64,000 nucleotides of DNA, taken from assembly GCF_018350175.1 (NCBI RefSeq), contig NC_058368.1:124001-188000 (forward strand), read 5' to 3'. This stretch comes from Felis catus (Eukaryota). Under the pieces are notes generated by a model that saw nothing but the letters and a program-made list of their open reading frames with translations, was not told the DNA's origin and did no database searches. This document shows positions 1 to 13,024 of the stretch, piece by piece (within the stretch, counting starts at the first letter, position 1; each line of letters begins with the position of its first letter). The position numbers were made by a program, and so were the translations under genes.

Positions 1-985
1 AAAAATCAGTTGCATTCTTAAACACTAATAATGAAGCAACAGAAAGACAAAGAAACTGATCCCATTCACAATTGCACCAAGAAGCATGAAATATCTAGGA
101 ATAAACCTAACCAAAGATGTAAAAGATCTGTATGCTGAAAACTATAGAAAGCTTATGAAGGAAATTGAAGAAGATATAAAGAAATGGAAAAACATTCTGT
201 GCTCATGGATTGGAAGAATAAATATTGTTAAAATGTCAATACTACCCAAAGCAATCTACATATTCAATGCAATCCCAATCAAAATTGCAGCAGCATTCAT
301 CTCGAAGCTAGAACAAGCAATCCAAGAATTTGTATGGAACCACAAAAGACCCCAAATAACCAAAGTAATATTGAAGAAGAAGACCAAAGTGGGAGGCATC
401 ACAATCCCAGACTTTAGCCTCTACTACAAAGCTGTAATCATGAAGACAGCATGGTATTGGCACAAAAACTGACACATAAACCAATGGAATAGAAAAGGGA
501 TTCCAGAATTATACCCACAAAAGTATGGCCAACTAATCTTTGACAAAGCAGGAAAGAATATCTAGTGGAAAAAAGACAGTTTCTTTAACAAATGGTGCTG
601 GGAGAACTGGACAGCAGCATGCAGAAGAATTAAACTAGACCACTTTCTTACACCATTCACAAAAATAAACTCAAAATGGACAGAGGACCTGAATGTAAGA
701 CAGGAAACTATCAAAACCCTAGAGGAAAAAGCAGGAAAAAACCTCTCTGACCTCAGCCACAGCAATTTCTTACTTGACACATCCCCAAAGGCAAGGGAAT
801 TAAAAGCAAAAATGAACTATTGGGACCTCATGAAGAGAAAAAGCTTCTGCACTGCAAAGGAAACAGTAAACAAAACTAAAAGGAAACCAACAGAATGGGA
901 AAAGATATTTGCAAATGACATATCAGACAAAGGGCTAGTATCCAAAATCTATAAAGAACTCACCAAAGTCCACACCTGAAAAACA
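1..985 (+). mobile_element. LINE-1 ORF2 fragment (post-RT region), inactivated and 3'-truncated
   Basis: ORF 86..472 reads as L1 ORF2 ([15 protein letters not shown]...[27 protein letters not shown]...AWYWHKN). The same frame continues past stops at 470-472 and 563-565 (LIFDK...NKWCWENW...). Similarity stops abruptly near 985 with no 3' UTR or poly(A). Confidence 0.95.
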
Positions 986-2315
986 AATATTCTGTCAAAT
1001 TTAGGTAATGAAATTCTCTGGGTTGGTATTTAAAAGAGAAAAGAGGAAGAACTTGCAATGTTACAACTAAGTGGAAATATAAAACACATATTCTCACACT
1101 TGAGTAACCTCACTTACGGAGGTTTCCATCTGGAGATAGGAGGAGGGGGGGATACACTAAGGAAATGACATGAGTTGAGACAGGATCCTACTGGTCATGG
1201 GCTGTGGTTCTCTGGGCCTTCTCTGCCTGAAATGTTCTCCCACACCCCCCTCCATTTTTTTTTTTTTTGGCCTGGCCAATTTTTATACATTCTTTAGTTC
1301 CTTGTCTAAACATCATGTCTTCAGAGAGGAACTCTCTCCCTACCATCCACTAACCACATACTCTTTCAGAACTTGCTACTTTCCAACACTGTATGATTTG
1401 GGACTATATTTTTAATTCTGCTATCTTCATTTTATACTGTTTTCCTCACTAGACATTAGTTTTACAAGGCCAGGGACCTCCCCAGTGTATCCCTAGCTCC
1501 TGAGACAGTGTCAGGTACAGTAGCACATAATGGCAGTCCAACATGTATTTGTGGAATGAATGAATATTCTTGGTATCTTCTCTGCAGCTGTGGGGTTGAA
1601 TTAGGTGACCCCGGTATTTTCCAGTTATAAGGGTCCCAGTGTGTGCTCTGACTCCAGTAGAGGTTAGGGTAGAAGGTGGGTGAGGGAACAACAGCAGAAG
1701 GGAGCTGGAATCCTGCCCCAGCTTGACCAGGAAGGGGTGCAGGCGGGCTGGCTCTCTGGCCAGGGCGGGGGCCATGCCAGCCCTGGTGGGTGTGGAGTTG
1801 GAGTACCTGGTGCCAGCGTATGGGTCCTGGCAGGCACAGGCGCAGGCACAGGGAGGAAGGGAGAATGGTTGGAGATGCGTGCAGACTTCCTGGGCCAGTT
1901 GCTACAGGGGCCTATCACGGTGTATCACGTGTTGGCATCTCGTACTTGTGGCCACAAAACTTCTTGGCACATCAGATGACTAGTGGCAAGGTGGCCTTTC
2001 CTGAGATGGAGGTTACAGGGGTGCCCTGCCTGCCATCCTGATGGGTTCCCAGCACTGCCCTGGAGCAAATCTGCTTGCTTTGGTTGGCTTCTGCTTCCTG
2101 GGCCCTCACAAACAGCCCCACATTCCACTGCCTTCTCCAGGCTTCGCTCCCCACCCTCTTACTGTCACCTTCCTGCCACCTTGCAAATATGCCTGCAACC
2201 CCATTCCCAAAGTTCTCTTCACATCAGCCTCTGGGGTGATGAGTCCCCTCTTCATTAAGGTCCAACTTTCTACACCTTCCCTTGATTTCCTGCTGTGCTC
2301 CTTTGGAATCCTCCT

Positions 2316-2535
2316 TTTTGTTTTTAATTTTTTTAACATTTATTATTGAGAGACAAAGAGACACAGAGTGTGAGCAAGGGAGGGGTACAGAGGGGGAAAG
2401 ACACAGAATCTGAAGTAGGCTCCAGGCTCTGAGCTGTCAGCACAGAGCCCAAAGCGGGGCTCGAACTCACAAACTGTGAGATCATGACCTGAGCCAAAGT
2501 TGGTCGCCTAACCGACTGAGCCACCCAGGCGCCCC
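2316..2535 (-). mobile_element. Can-SINE (SINEC, felid type)
   Basis: Reverse complement starts GGGGCGCCTGGGTGGCTCAGTCGGTT, with a tRNA-derived head, CT-rich body and A-rich tail. Confidence 0.95.
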
Positions 2536-2559
2536 TAGGATCTTTTTAACTCATCACTT

Positions 2560-3180
2560 TACCTCCCAAATTTATATTTATAGCCAAAACATCTTTCCTG
2601 AACGTAAAGTTCCAATTCTAAATCTGTGCTTTTCTCAATTTGGATATCTAATGGCATCATAAACATTCATGCCTGAAACTGAGCAGATAAAACTTCTAAA
2701 ACTTCTCCTACCAGTCTTCCCCAGCTCAATGAAGGGAAATAGCATGCTTCTAGTTGCTCAGGCCAAAGCCCTTGGGCAACACCTTTCTTTCTCTCATTTT
2801 CTTCATCTGGCTAACTCTACCTTCAAAGTGCATTCAGCATTCAGCCACTTGTCAGCACCTCCTTTACTGCCACTCTGGTTCAGGTCACCACCATCTGTCA
2901 CTTGGAATGATGCACTGGTCTCCTAACTGATCTGCTGAATATGCTGTCCTCATCCCTGGAACCTATTCTCAACACATAAGCCAGAGAAATCTATTAAAAT
3001 CCAAGTTAGATCACAATTCTCCTCTACTCCGAACCCTCTGATGGCTTCCCATTTCACTCAGAATAAGAGCCCAAGTTCTTATATGGCCTCAAAGATCCTA
3101 CACAAACTGGCTTTGTTTTGCTTCCAGCCACTTCTGCTACTACCTCTCCCCTCTCTCACTTCACTCCAGCCTTACTGGCC
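2560..3180 (+). mobile_element. Degenerate LINE-2 (L2) fragment
   Basis: L2-like phrases such as 'ctagttgctcaggccaaagcccttggg', 'acctattctcaacac..agccagag' and 'atggcttcccatttcactcagaataa'. Recognised from memory of the L2 consensus. Confidence 0.6.
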
Positions 3181-3187
3181 TCCCCCA

Positions 3188-3229
<42 letters not shown>

Positions 3230-3977
3230 CTTTCAGTGATGCTGTTTCATCCATTTGTAATGCAGTTAGATTTAAAAATTACACTATGCATTCTATTTTG
3301 GAATTCTTCTTACCTCCTAAATTATTTTTTTTTAGTTTCATACACTTAGGATCGTTCTTGCTACCGTATAGTTCAAAGGGTTTTGACAAAGCACAAGTGC
3401 AGTATCACACAGAATAGTTTCACTTCTCCCCAAATCCTCTCTGATTCACCTACACAACCCTCCCCTCAAACCCTGAACTCCTGGCAACCACCGATCTTTT
3501 TACGATCTCTGTAGTTTTGCCTTTTTCAGAATGCCATATAATTAGAATCATACGGTAGATAGCCCTTTCAGACTAGCTTTCCCCCCTTATCAATATGCAC
3601 TTAAGGGCCACCCATGTCCATTTCTTTGTAATTGATGGGTAACTGACGTACCACAGGTGACATAGCCACCTATCAAAGGACATCTTGGTTGCTTTTGGTT
3701 TTTAGAGATTACGGATAAAACTGCTATAAGTTTTTGTCTGTATATAAGTTTTCAAATCAGGTCCCTAGAAGCATGACTCCTAGTTAATATTGTAATGCTA
3801 TATTTAACTTTATGAGATTATTATCTTCCAAAAGAGCTATACAATTTTGTTTCCAAAGCGTTCAGTGAATGAAAGTGCCTGTTGCTCCTCATCCTCTCCA
3901 GCTCAGTTTTGTTTTGTTTTTTTTTTCAGATTCTAGACAACCCAACAGATATGTAGTAGTATCTCATGACTGTTTTA

Positions 3978-4198
3978 TTCTTTATTTTTTTTAATGTTTT
4001 ATTTATTTTTGAGACAGAGAGAGACAGCGCATGAGTGGGGTTGGGGCAGAGAGAGAGAGACACACACAGAATCTGAAGCAGGCTCCAGGCTCTGAGCTGT
4101 CAGCACAGACCCTGATGCGGGGCTCAAACTCACAAACCATGAGATCATGACCTGAGCCGAAGACAGTCACTCAACCGACTGAGTCACCCAGGCACCCC
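3978..4198 (-). mobile_element. Can-SINE with 16-bp target-site duplication, nested in an older L1 3' fragment
   Basis: SINE head on the minus strand. TSD TCTCATGACTGTTTTA at 3962-3977 and 4199-4214. Confidence 0.95.
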
Positions 4199-6541
4199 TC
4201 TCATGACTGTTTTAGTTTGCAATTCCTTAATGATAGATGGTGATCCCTCTCTGAGCTCCAGATCCATTTGTGCAATGGACTGAGCAATGACCATCCTAGC
4301 TTTCAAGTGTCCAGCAGTAAGTGTACCTCCTTTCCCCCAAAGCCTTTCCATAGATGGAAAACTCCATGGCTCTCTTTCCTCCTCCTCTTCATCCACAGCT
4401 AGTATGGAAGGCAGTACTGCTACCGATTCAGGGTGTACAGTTTGGAGCTGGACTGACACTGGGACCACATCTAAGCCCCAAGGTTATTATGAGGACTTCA
4501 CAAGATAATGCAGATGAAGTGCTTACAATTAGCTGTAGTCTTCTGGTTTTGAGCTCAGAAATGTCTCCTGACTCTAAAATCTCCTTTCCTTTACCACACC
4601 TGAGTTAATGCCATTGTTTCTCAGCCAAGTACTTCATTAGGCACGTTATTGCCTCCTCATTTTTCATAGTGCTGATGGTGCAACCTTTCTTAAAACAAAG
4701 AAAGCAATCAATCAAACAAGAAACAAAGTCTGACCTGTCAGGCCCTTGTTGGATTCTTGTTACCCATAGGATGATATGAAAACTTCTTATCTTGGGATAC
4801 CAGGCATTTCATTCTCTGCTCTCAGACCTCCCTCCCTTCCTTCCTCATCCCCTTGATTCTCTCTTGACTAAGCCAACACACCTGTTCCCTGAATATACCA
4901 GACCCATTCTCAGGTCTGCCTTTGAACATGCTGTTCCATCTCCTTGGGTGTTCCTTCCCTTGCTCCTCTGCCTGATAACCTGATGGCCCTTAAAAACCCA
5001 GCACAAACATCACATCTTCTATTTATCCTTCCTCCATCCTCTAAGACAGAGGTCCTTGATTTGAGACCCTGGGAACTCTTGCTTTTCATTCTGTGTTAGG
5101 ATTTTACCTTATTTCCCAATATCGCCTATGAAGTTGTGGGCTTTGAGGAGGGTGACATTCTGTATTATTTTGAGATGCTCCTCCAGCTTATAAGGGATCA
5201 GTAAACATCTGTGCCATGGTTCATAAACTAATGGTATTGTTATCTATTTGTTTTTCCACTAGAAGTTGAGGTCCAGAAGGGCTAGGACCTGTGTCCATCT
5301 ATCTTTGTGTCTTCAAGGTAGAGCCCATTCCTGAATAGTTGCTTAATAGTTGCTTAATAGTTTGTGTGACTGAGCAGGAAAGTGAGAAAATGAGCCCATG
5401 AATAAGGGTAAAAGGATGCCCTCAGGTTACAATTGCATGGATGATCCTAGAGTGTGAGGGGATCAGACTGGGTTAGACCCCAGCAAAAAGATCTAGGAGT
5501 CTGCTGGAAGTTCCTTGAAGCAGAATTCCCTTAGTCCATGGGAATGACTTCCTGGTTTTTCCCTCCAACCCCTGTCCCTACACCTATCCATTCCTCCTCT
5601 ACCATGATGGGGTTTTCCTCAATTCTAAGGTGATGTTAAAATAGACAACAAAAATAATAGAAATAAAAATAAACTTGGTGTCTCAGGATAGATTAACTAA
5701 TCTCTCAGAACCTCAGTTTCTTCATCTGTATCTATAAGATAGTTGCTGTGGGAGATTCATTTTGTTTACAACAGTGATGGAATGACAATCCTTTTAGTAG
5801 TATGAAATTGTTTGTTGGTCTTAATTAACACAATTTATTTCTCTTAATATTTTTGTATTTTCTTAAAAAAAGCAAGTGGCTTCATAAAGGTAATGACCAA
5901 GTGGGTCTCAATAAATGCCAATGAGGAGCCCAAGATGGCCCAGCTGGTAAGGGAACAGACCAGGTTCTGCAAACAAGCCCATCTGACTTCAAAGCCAGTG
6001 TACTTTTTTCTAATCTGATGTCCAGTAGAGATACAGGGGTACTCTACCACTCTTCTGTGGAAACTATGACAAAGACCTGTGAGCCCTTGTCAGAAAATAC
6101 CACAAGGGTACCTGTAAAGTGTCGAATGTAGGCAAACGCTTGCAGGTCTAGGAAGGAAACCTCCAAACTTTCGCTCCAAATGACATATAGAGAAGGTGCA
6201 GGGCTACTGCTTACTAGTAGGAGGCAGGAGAGTCTGTTTGTGTTCACCAGTGTGGGATGCAGGAGGCAGGAACACTGAGTCAGGGACTCTCAAGTAGATT
6301 GAAATTGTAAAGCAGCAACAATGACTTCCTTCTATCTTGATAGGGGTTTATAACTAAGAGTGCCACAGCAGTCATGTGAGATGGACTTTATTGCCCCTAT
6401 TTTACAGAGACTCAGGTTGAATAATCTATCTAAGGTCACACAGGCTTACAAAACTTGTGTCCCCAAATCCGATTATTTTACTGCACATCTTGGGCTCTTT
6501 CTGGCACATCACACTGGTAGGTCAGACAATTTTAAACACAT

Positions 6542-6575
<34 letters not shown>

Positions 6576-6719
6576 ATATTGTGAGACTTTCCAGCAACAG
6601 AGAACTCCCCACCTTGAAATGCTTTCTTCAGGAGCAGAGAGAGCAGATTAAAACAAAAACAAAAACAAAAACAATGATTTATTTCATTTTATTTAGGGGG
6701 TTTTTGGCTTATTTTTTTC

Positions 6720-7117
6720 AGTTTTTATATTTATTTAAATGTTGGTTAACATGCAGTGCAATATTGGTTTCAGGATTAGAATTCAGTGATCCAACCCTAA
6801 CATACAACACCCAGTGCCCGTCAAAAGTGCCCTCCTTAATACTCATCATCAATCTAGCCTATCTCACACCCACATCCCTCCATCAACCCTCAGTTTGTTC
6901 TCTATCATTAAGAGTCTCTTGTGGGTTATTTCCTTCTCTTCTCTCCCCCTTTTCCCTTATGTTCATCTGTTTTGTTTCTTAAATTCCATATATGAGTGAA
7001 ATCATATGATATTTGTCTTTCTCTGATTCACTTATTTCACTTAATACATTCTAGCTCCAACCACATAGTTGCAAATGGCAAGATTTCATTCTCTTTGATG
7101 GCTGAGTAATATTCCAT

Positions 7118-7120
<3 letters not shown>
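6720..7120 (-). mobile_element. Carnivore L1 3' end fragment
   Basis: Typical antisense L1 3' UTR text ('ttccatatatgagtgaaatcatatgatatttgtctttctctga...gttgcaaatggcaagatttcattctctttgatggctgagtaatattccatt') preceded by a T-rich tail. Confidence 0.8.
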
Positions 7121-7161
<41 letters not shown>

Positions 7162-7284
7162 ACTTTGAAGGAAACTGTCCAGGTGCTACTGCTTCTTCTG
7201 GGTCTGGATGCAGAATTTAGAGAAGGCTTTTGTTATTCATTTATCAAATAAATGCTAGTTATCTACTGAGTAGTCAAAAAATCC

Positions 7285-7630
7285 ATGTCTTGGTCATCTT
7301 GGGCTAAATACCATAGATTGTGTGGCTTAAACAACAGATAATTATTTTCTTACAGTTCTGGAGTCTGGCAGTCAGATCAGGGTGCCAGCAGTGTTGGGTT
7401 CTGCTGAGAGCCTCTTCCTGGTTTTCAGGCAGCTGCCTTCTTGCTGTGTCCTCACATAGCAAGGAGATAGAGAACACATCTCTTCTTATAAGGGCAATAT
7501 CATGAAGGCCCATTCTCATGACCTCATCTGAATCTAATTCTCTCCCAAATGCCCTACTCTAAATATCATCATACTGAGGAGTAGGGCTTCAATATATGAA
7601 TTTGGAAGGGACATAATTCAGTCCACAGCA
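7285..7630. mobile_element. MaLR LTR (MLT1-like)
   Basis: Matches the remembered MLT1 pattern 'ggcttaaacaacag..attattttcttacagttctggagtctgg...agggtgccagca...ttctgctgagagcctcttcctgg...gggcttcaatatatgaatttgg...acataattcagtccacagca'. Confidence 0.7.
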
Positions 7631-9475
7631 GTCTAGATGATAGTATAAAGTTATATCCTATGGTATTGTCATTTATAAGTAATATAGATTTGGTCTTCAC
7701 CCTTGTTCCTGGCACAGAGCTCTCCTAAAACTCTTGGAATTTACTATGAAGAGACCTATAAAGATGTCTTTTGTAATGTGTTAGTGAGGCAACATTTGGG
7801 AGGCACCTGAGGATGGGGGCAGGTTGCCAGGGGCACAAACCCTGTGATTACAGAGGGTTGGAGATTTCAGTCCCCATCCCACTCCCTGCCCCCACATAAG
7901 AATTATTATCTACATTTTGTGTGTGAGAAAGGAGATGGCAGAATTTAGGGAAATTGACATGTTCAGGGTGCTGTTCTCTGTGTCTGACTACCTTGGTCGC
8001 CAAATCATAAAATACTAGTACAACTTACAGCCTGACTTGTGATGGTCATATCATAGAATTTATCACTGTCAGAGCTGGAGGGACTCAGATAAAATATAAT
8101 TCTGTTTTTCAAAGAATGCACTTTGAACATCTGCATCAGAAATACCTTGGGAAATCATTAAAATGTAAATTCCTAGGTTCTACTTCAGGTCTATCATACT
8201 CTCTGAGAGGTGAAAATTGGGAATATGTACCTAAAATTAACACTCCAGGTAATTTTTATATACACACAAAGATTTAGGGGTACTGATTAGTTTATCCCTT
8301 CTTTCTTACAACTAGGACATTTAGGTTCAGAGATGACACCTAGCAAGTTGTATGAGGACACGTGACGTCCATTTGAATTTGCACTGGTATTTGGGTCTCC
8401 CAGATCACCTCATCCAGGACTCTAGATCTGACTCTGGCCCTGAGCAGTGACCTTAGCTAAATGAGTGTAACTATTCTGGGCCTCAGTTTCTTCACTGATA
8501 AGATGGCATAATTTCCACTCTGTCTACTTCACAGGAGTGAAAAGTCAAGTAGGAAGCAGCCATGGAAGGTGCTTTGTAAATTGTCATTGTTGTTATTACA
8601 TTGTTGTGTATCTGAAATGAGAGCTCTGGACACAGGGCAAGAGACCAAGAGAAGGGTAACCAAAAAAAAGTAAAAGCATTCCAAATGAATAGACACAGTG
8701 AAGAAAAGAAAATGACCAGAAGAGCTGAACTTGAGCTGTGTGGATGTATGTGTATATGTGTGTGTATGTTCATCCTCTTTTATCCATAGTCAATGAAAAT
8801 AGATTTTGCTTTCAGAGAGAATGGAGGCAAAACAAATGGAGTCAGGGGCTGTGGCTTTAGAATTGATGTGTGGGGTAGAATTAGCACAATTTAGGAAAGA
8901 CTTCTAAGTTAGCTTCTCACCTGAATTGAAAAACTCCAGTAGCCATGTTGCCTAAGAACCAACTTCTTGCAAAAGTTTTCCTAAAAGTCTTTAGTTATGA
9001 CTCCAACAGTCAATGTAGTGAGAGAGCTCAGATGTTTTTTAAAAGAGGAAACTCACTGGTTCAAACATGGAAGCTATTTTAACGAAATCACAGGAAGATT
9101 TCTAAATGAGAATTGGCATTGCCTTGAAAGGTCAGAAGAATAAAATCTTCTGAATATTTACTGTACAGAAATCTTCTTCTCCAATACCTTTCCCACTCTC
9201 TCAAAATAATACAGGATCCCCTTATGCAAACTGGTGCAGGCACTGTGTTATGGTTTTTTTTTGTTGTTTGTTTGTTTGTTTGTTTGTTTTAAGGAAAATG
9301 TTAGCATTCCTTCTATGGTTACTTGTTGCTCTCATTTCTGTGAACTATTTAGGTCACTGTCTGCAGGTGAAGATTATTCCCTATGATAAGTAGAGTAAAA
9401 AAGGTGGAAAATCAATATAAATGGATATTTAAATATATGGACTTGTGTTTACCCCATTAAAATGAAAACAAAACA

Positions 9476-9711
9476 GGGGCGCCTGGGTGGCTTGGTCGGT
9501 TAAGCATCCGACTTCGGCTCAGGTCATGATCTCACGGTCTGTGAGTTCAAGCCCCGCGTCGGGCTCTCTGCTGACAGCTCAGAGCCTGGAGCCTGTTTCA
9601 GATTCTGTGTCTCCCTCTCTCTCTGCCCCTCCCCTGTTCATGCTCTGTCTCTCTCTGTCTCAAAAATAAATAAACGTTAAAAAAAATATTTTTTAAAAAG
9701 AGAAAAAAAAA
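9476..9711 (+). mobile_element. Can-SINE with ~18-bp TSD
   Basis: Head GGGGCGCCTGGGTGGCTTGGTCGGTTAAG and an A-rich tail. TSD TAAAATGAAAACAAAACA at 9458-9475 and 9712-9729. Confidence 0.95.
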
Positions 9712-9934
9712 TAAAATGAAAACAAAACAAACACAAACACAAACACAAAAACAGTTTATCCAACCAAATAACCAAATTCACATTGTGATTCCACTCTGTG
9801 AAAATAGTGTTCATATGTAGAAAAATAGGCTGTGACTGTCTTTGAATGCCAGGATTTTTATTTTCTTCATTATCCTTATTTTGTCTTTCCAAATAGCACA
9901 GCAAGCTACTGGCAAATGTAACCTGGTTTGCTTA

Positions 9935-11035
9935 AGCTGCTTAGGGTTTGGATCCAGGATCTACAAGATAGTGTGTGCCAAGGTTAGGCAAGGACACTGG
10001 ATCTCCTCCTGCAGCTCCAACCTGATTGTGGAAATGTCGTGGTGAAATGCTGGCTTCCACGCAGAGATATTCCCCATTGGCCACTGGGACAAATCAATTC
10101 TTTTCTCAGACCTCGATGGTGGGCCCACTTAGGGCCACAGCCCTGTTTAGCGTTAGGGTTAGGACCCAGGAGGCACTGGGGGCTGAACCACCAGCAGCAC
10201 AGTGGTCTTCCAGGTGGGCTAGGTTGAGGGCACATGGTCTGATGCCAGTCAGGCTTAGAGTTTGGTTTTAAGAGCCACAGGATTGTGTGGGCCAGGGTTA
10301 GGCAACGTCTCAGGATCCCTTCCTGCATCTCTATTCTGGCTGTGGAAATGTCATGGCGATATTCTGTCTTCCACACTGAGATATTCCTCATTGGCCACTG
10401 GGACCAAATCTGTTCTTTTCCCAGACCTCCATGTGGGCCCTGCTAGGGCCAGAGCCCTGCCAGGAGTTCAGGTTAGGTCTCAAGAGGCACCAGGGCCTGA
10501 ATGCCCAGCAGTACAGTGGTCTCCCCAGAGGGCTGAGTTGAGTGTGCATGGTAGGGTGCAGGTCAGGCTTAATCTTTGAGTTCAAAGTCTGGCATTGTGT
10601 GTGTCAGAGCTTAGACTTGACCTCATGATCCCCTGTCAGCAGTTCCTTCTCTGCTTTGGAAATTGCATAGCGATTTTCCAAATCCCATGCTGAATATTCC
10701 TGCACCAGTTATGGGCCCCAAAACCATTCTGCTCTCAGACCAAGGAATTGTACCCCCATCAGGAAAGAGCATTGACTAGGATTATAGTTAGGTCATGTGA
10801 ATTTCACCAGTCCAGTGATCTCCCAGCAGGGCATATTTGGGTGCCACTGTTAGTGTGCTGGACAGACATAGGATTTGGGTGCAGTGGACAGTCCAGTATG
10901 TGTTCCATGCTTAGCACTTGGCCCCAGATCCCCTTCTGAAATTCCTTTCAGGATTTAGAAATCTCATGGTCAACTCCAGGGATCCTCGATGGATATTTCA
11001 GTGGCCATCATGTGGTCCAAATCTGTTCTTTTGGT
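9935..11035. repeat. Degenerate tandem repeat, ~310-bp unit, ~3.5 copies
   Basis: The block 'tgtgtg..cca.ggttaggc...gatcc..tcctgca...tggaaatgtc.tgg.ga....gagatattcc.cattggccactgggac.aaatc..ttctttt.cagacc' recurs at ~9971, ~10284, ~10596 and ~10898. Confidence 0.85.
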
Positions 11036-11042
11036 AAAAGGT

Positions 11043-11575
11043 GCACCCTCTTAGAATCAGTGGGGTGACTGAAATGATAAGGGACTAGGACTGGCCCAGA
11101 TCATAAGAGGTGGGAAGAGTCCAGAGGATAAGGCTGGGCTCTGCCTTTTTTTAGGCCCTGGCTCAACCCCCCCCCCCCACACACACACACACCATCTACT
11201 TTGCTTTAGAAATGAGAGACTCTAATATTCTGGGAGGGAGGAATCGTGCCCACTTGCTCTCCATTTGGGGTCATTTTACTATCCAAATCCCCATGTGCAC
11301 TGGCACACACATACTGAAGTTGTGTTCAAGAAAGAGCAGACACAGGGGAAGTGACAAGAGAGAAAGAAGAAAGAAGTTAGAGAACGCTCTGCCACGGGAC
11401 AGCAGCATGCATTTTCTTAGCTGCATGCACAAAGACCCAAAGATAGGCAAGGATTTCCTAATGTTCATAGGTTTCTGCTGGACTCAGGGCCATCCTTGGT
11501 CCAGCCCCCAGAGGAAAGGACTAGGGTCCTGCAGTCCAACTCTTTGGGCACCTGGAATTAGGACGAGTAACTCCT
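11043..11575. repeat. ~500-bp element, copy 1 (duplicated at ~29993-30556)
   Basis: Long colinear similarity, including 'ctaggactggcccagatca...gaggtgggaagagtccagaggataa.gctgggctctgcc' and 'tgcccacttgctctccatttggggtcattttactatccaaa'. Confidence 0.9.
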
Positions 11576-12297
11576 ATTAGGTTAAACAATAGCTACAGAA
11601 GAAAAGGCCTCAGTGTTCTCCCATAGAGTGTTATGTTACAAGTAGGTTTCTCCAGAGTTCCATATAATCACAAACGTCAGTTGGCCTTGGTTCTCCATCA
11701 GTGACTCACTGTGTTCTGAGATACCAGAGAAATGCTTTATACTTGCTAGAAATCTTTGAGAGCCTAGAAGCTTGGGGACTTGGGTTGGTGAGGACCTGGG
11801 ATAGGGAAGGACATGTCAGAGCACTGTACACTGAGTCTAGAGTCCAAGTACAATGCCACTCCTTGTTGGACCCACAGGGTCTTCATTTGGAAATAGAGGG
11901 TCATTGTCCCAGCTGACATTAGGATGCCTGATGAGTAAAGAGGATGAACCAGAGAATGAACCAGGGATGAACAGAGAAAGGGAAATGGCAGAAGCCTGAG
12001 ATCCCTTGCACAGCCCTGGAGCCTGTAGCTCCTGAGATTTATCCTGGAACATTAAAGGGCCACTGCCTTCATATCAGCCACATAAAGATGCTGATTTTGT
12101 TTAGGAAGGTGGAAAACGTGGCTGTGGGATCCTGGGAGAGGAGAGGCAGGGAGGAAGCAGAGCATAGAACAGATGCTGGGACCTAGTAGACTGCTAGTTA
12201 TCCATTTCTCTGACAGCATTATCCATACACCTTGAAACAAACCTACAAATATATAATAGCTCACACTTTTGTGGTAGAGGAATTCAGGCTTTGTGGG

Positions 12298-12361
12298 GAC
12301 AGCTCAGAGCCTAGAGCCTGCTTTGGATTCTGCGTCTCCCTTTCTCTCAGCAATTCCCCCA

Positions 12362-12392
<31 letters not shown>

Positions 12393-12660
12393 AAAATTAA
12401 ATAAATATTTAAAAAAGAAAAAAATAAAAAGAGAAAAAGGAAGGGGCTCCTGGGTGGCTCAGTCGGTTAAGCATCCAATTATGGCTGAGGTCATGATCTC
12501 ATTTGCAAGCTCAAGACCCACATCAGGTTCTCTGCTGTCAGCACGGAGCCTTCTTCGAGTCATCTGTCCCTCTCTCTCTTACCCTCCGCTGCCTGCACTC
12601 TTTCTCTCACTCTCTTTCTATCTCTCAAAAATAAAAATAAACATTAAAAAACAGTAAAAG
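12298..12660 (+). mobile_element. Two tandem Can-SINEs (5'-truncated copy 12298-12440, then full copy 12443-12660)
   Basis: A 3' half SINE with (CT)n and an A tail is followed by a head GGGGCTCCTGGGTGGCTCAGTCGGTTAAG. Confidence 0.85.
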
Positions 12661-12946
12661 AATGGAAAGATACCCAGAGGGACAGTGTTCCTATGAGATA
12701 TTAGAATGGGATAAGTCTGAGGATGAAATGACTAGTAAAATCTCCTGCTAAACTAACTGTCTCAGGAATAAGAAACACATATGGGCTAGGGCAAAGGGAA
12801 AATGCCATCATTTACAGTGGGAGCCCTCATGGCACGATGCCTGTGTGCCTACTTGAGAAAGAAGAGAGGGAAAGCTTTTGGAGTTCATTGTTTTCCCTTC
12901 CCATCCTATCAGTGGATAGAGGCAGCAGTGATTCAAGAGTAGTGGG

Positions 12947-13024
12947 CATTGAGGATGATACTTGTTGGGATGAGCACTGGGTGTTGTATGGAAACCAATA
13001 TGTCAATAAATTATATTTTTAAAA
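12947..13024 (+). mobile_element. Very short L1 3'-end insertion with 12-bp TSD
   Basis: Sequence 'cttgttgggatgagcactgggtgttgtatggaaaccaat...aataaa' followed by an A tail. TSD AAGAGTAGTGGG at 12935-12946 and 13025-13036. Confidence 0.8.

Noticed and set aside
1449..2260. Cluster of overlapping GC-rich ORFs on both strands
   Set aside because: No recognisable protein, no consistent exon structure, and ORFs in all frames are expected at this GC content. A decayed pseudogene cannot be excluded without a search.
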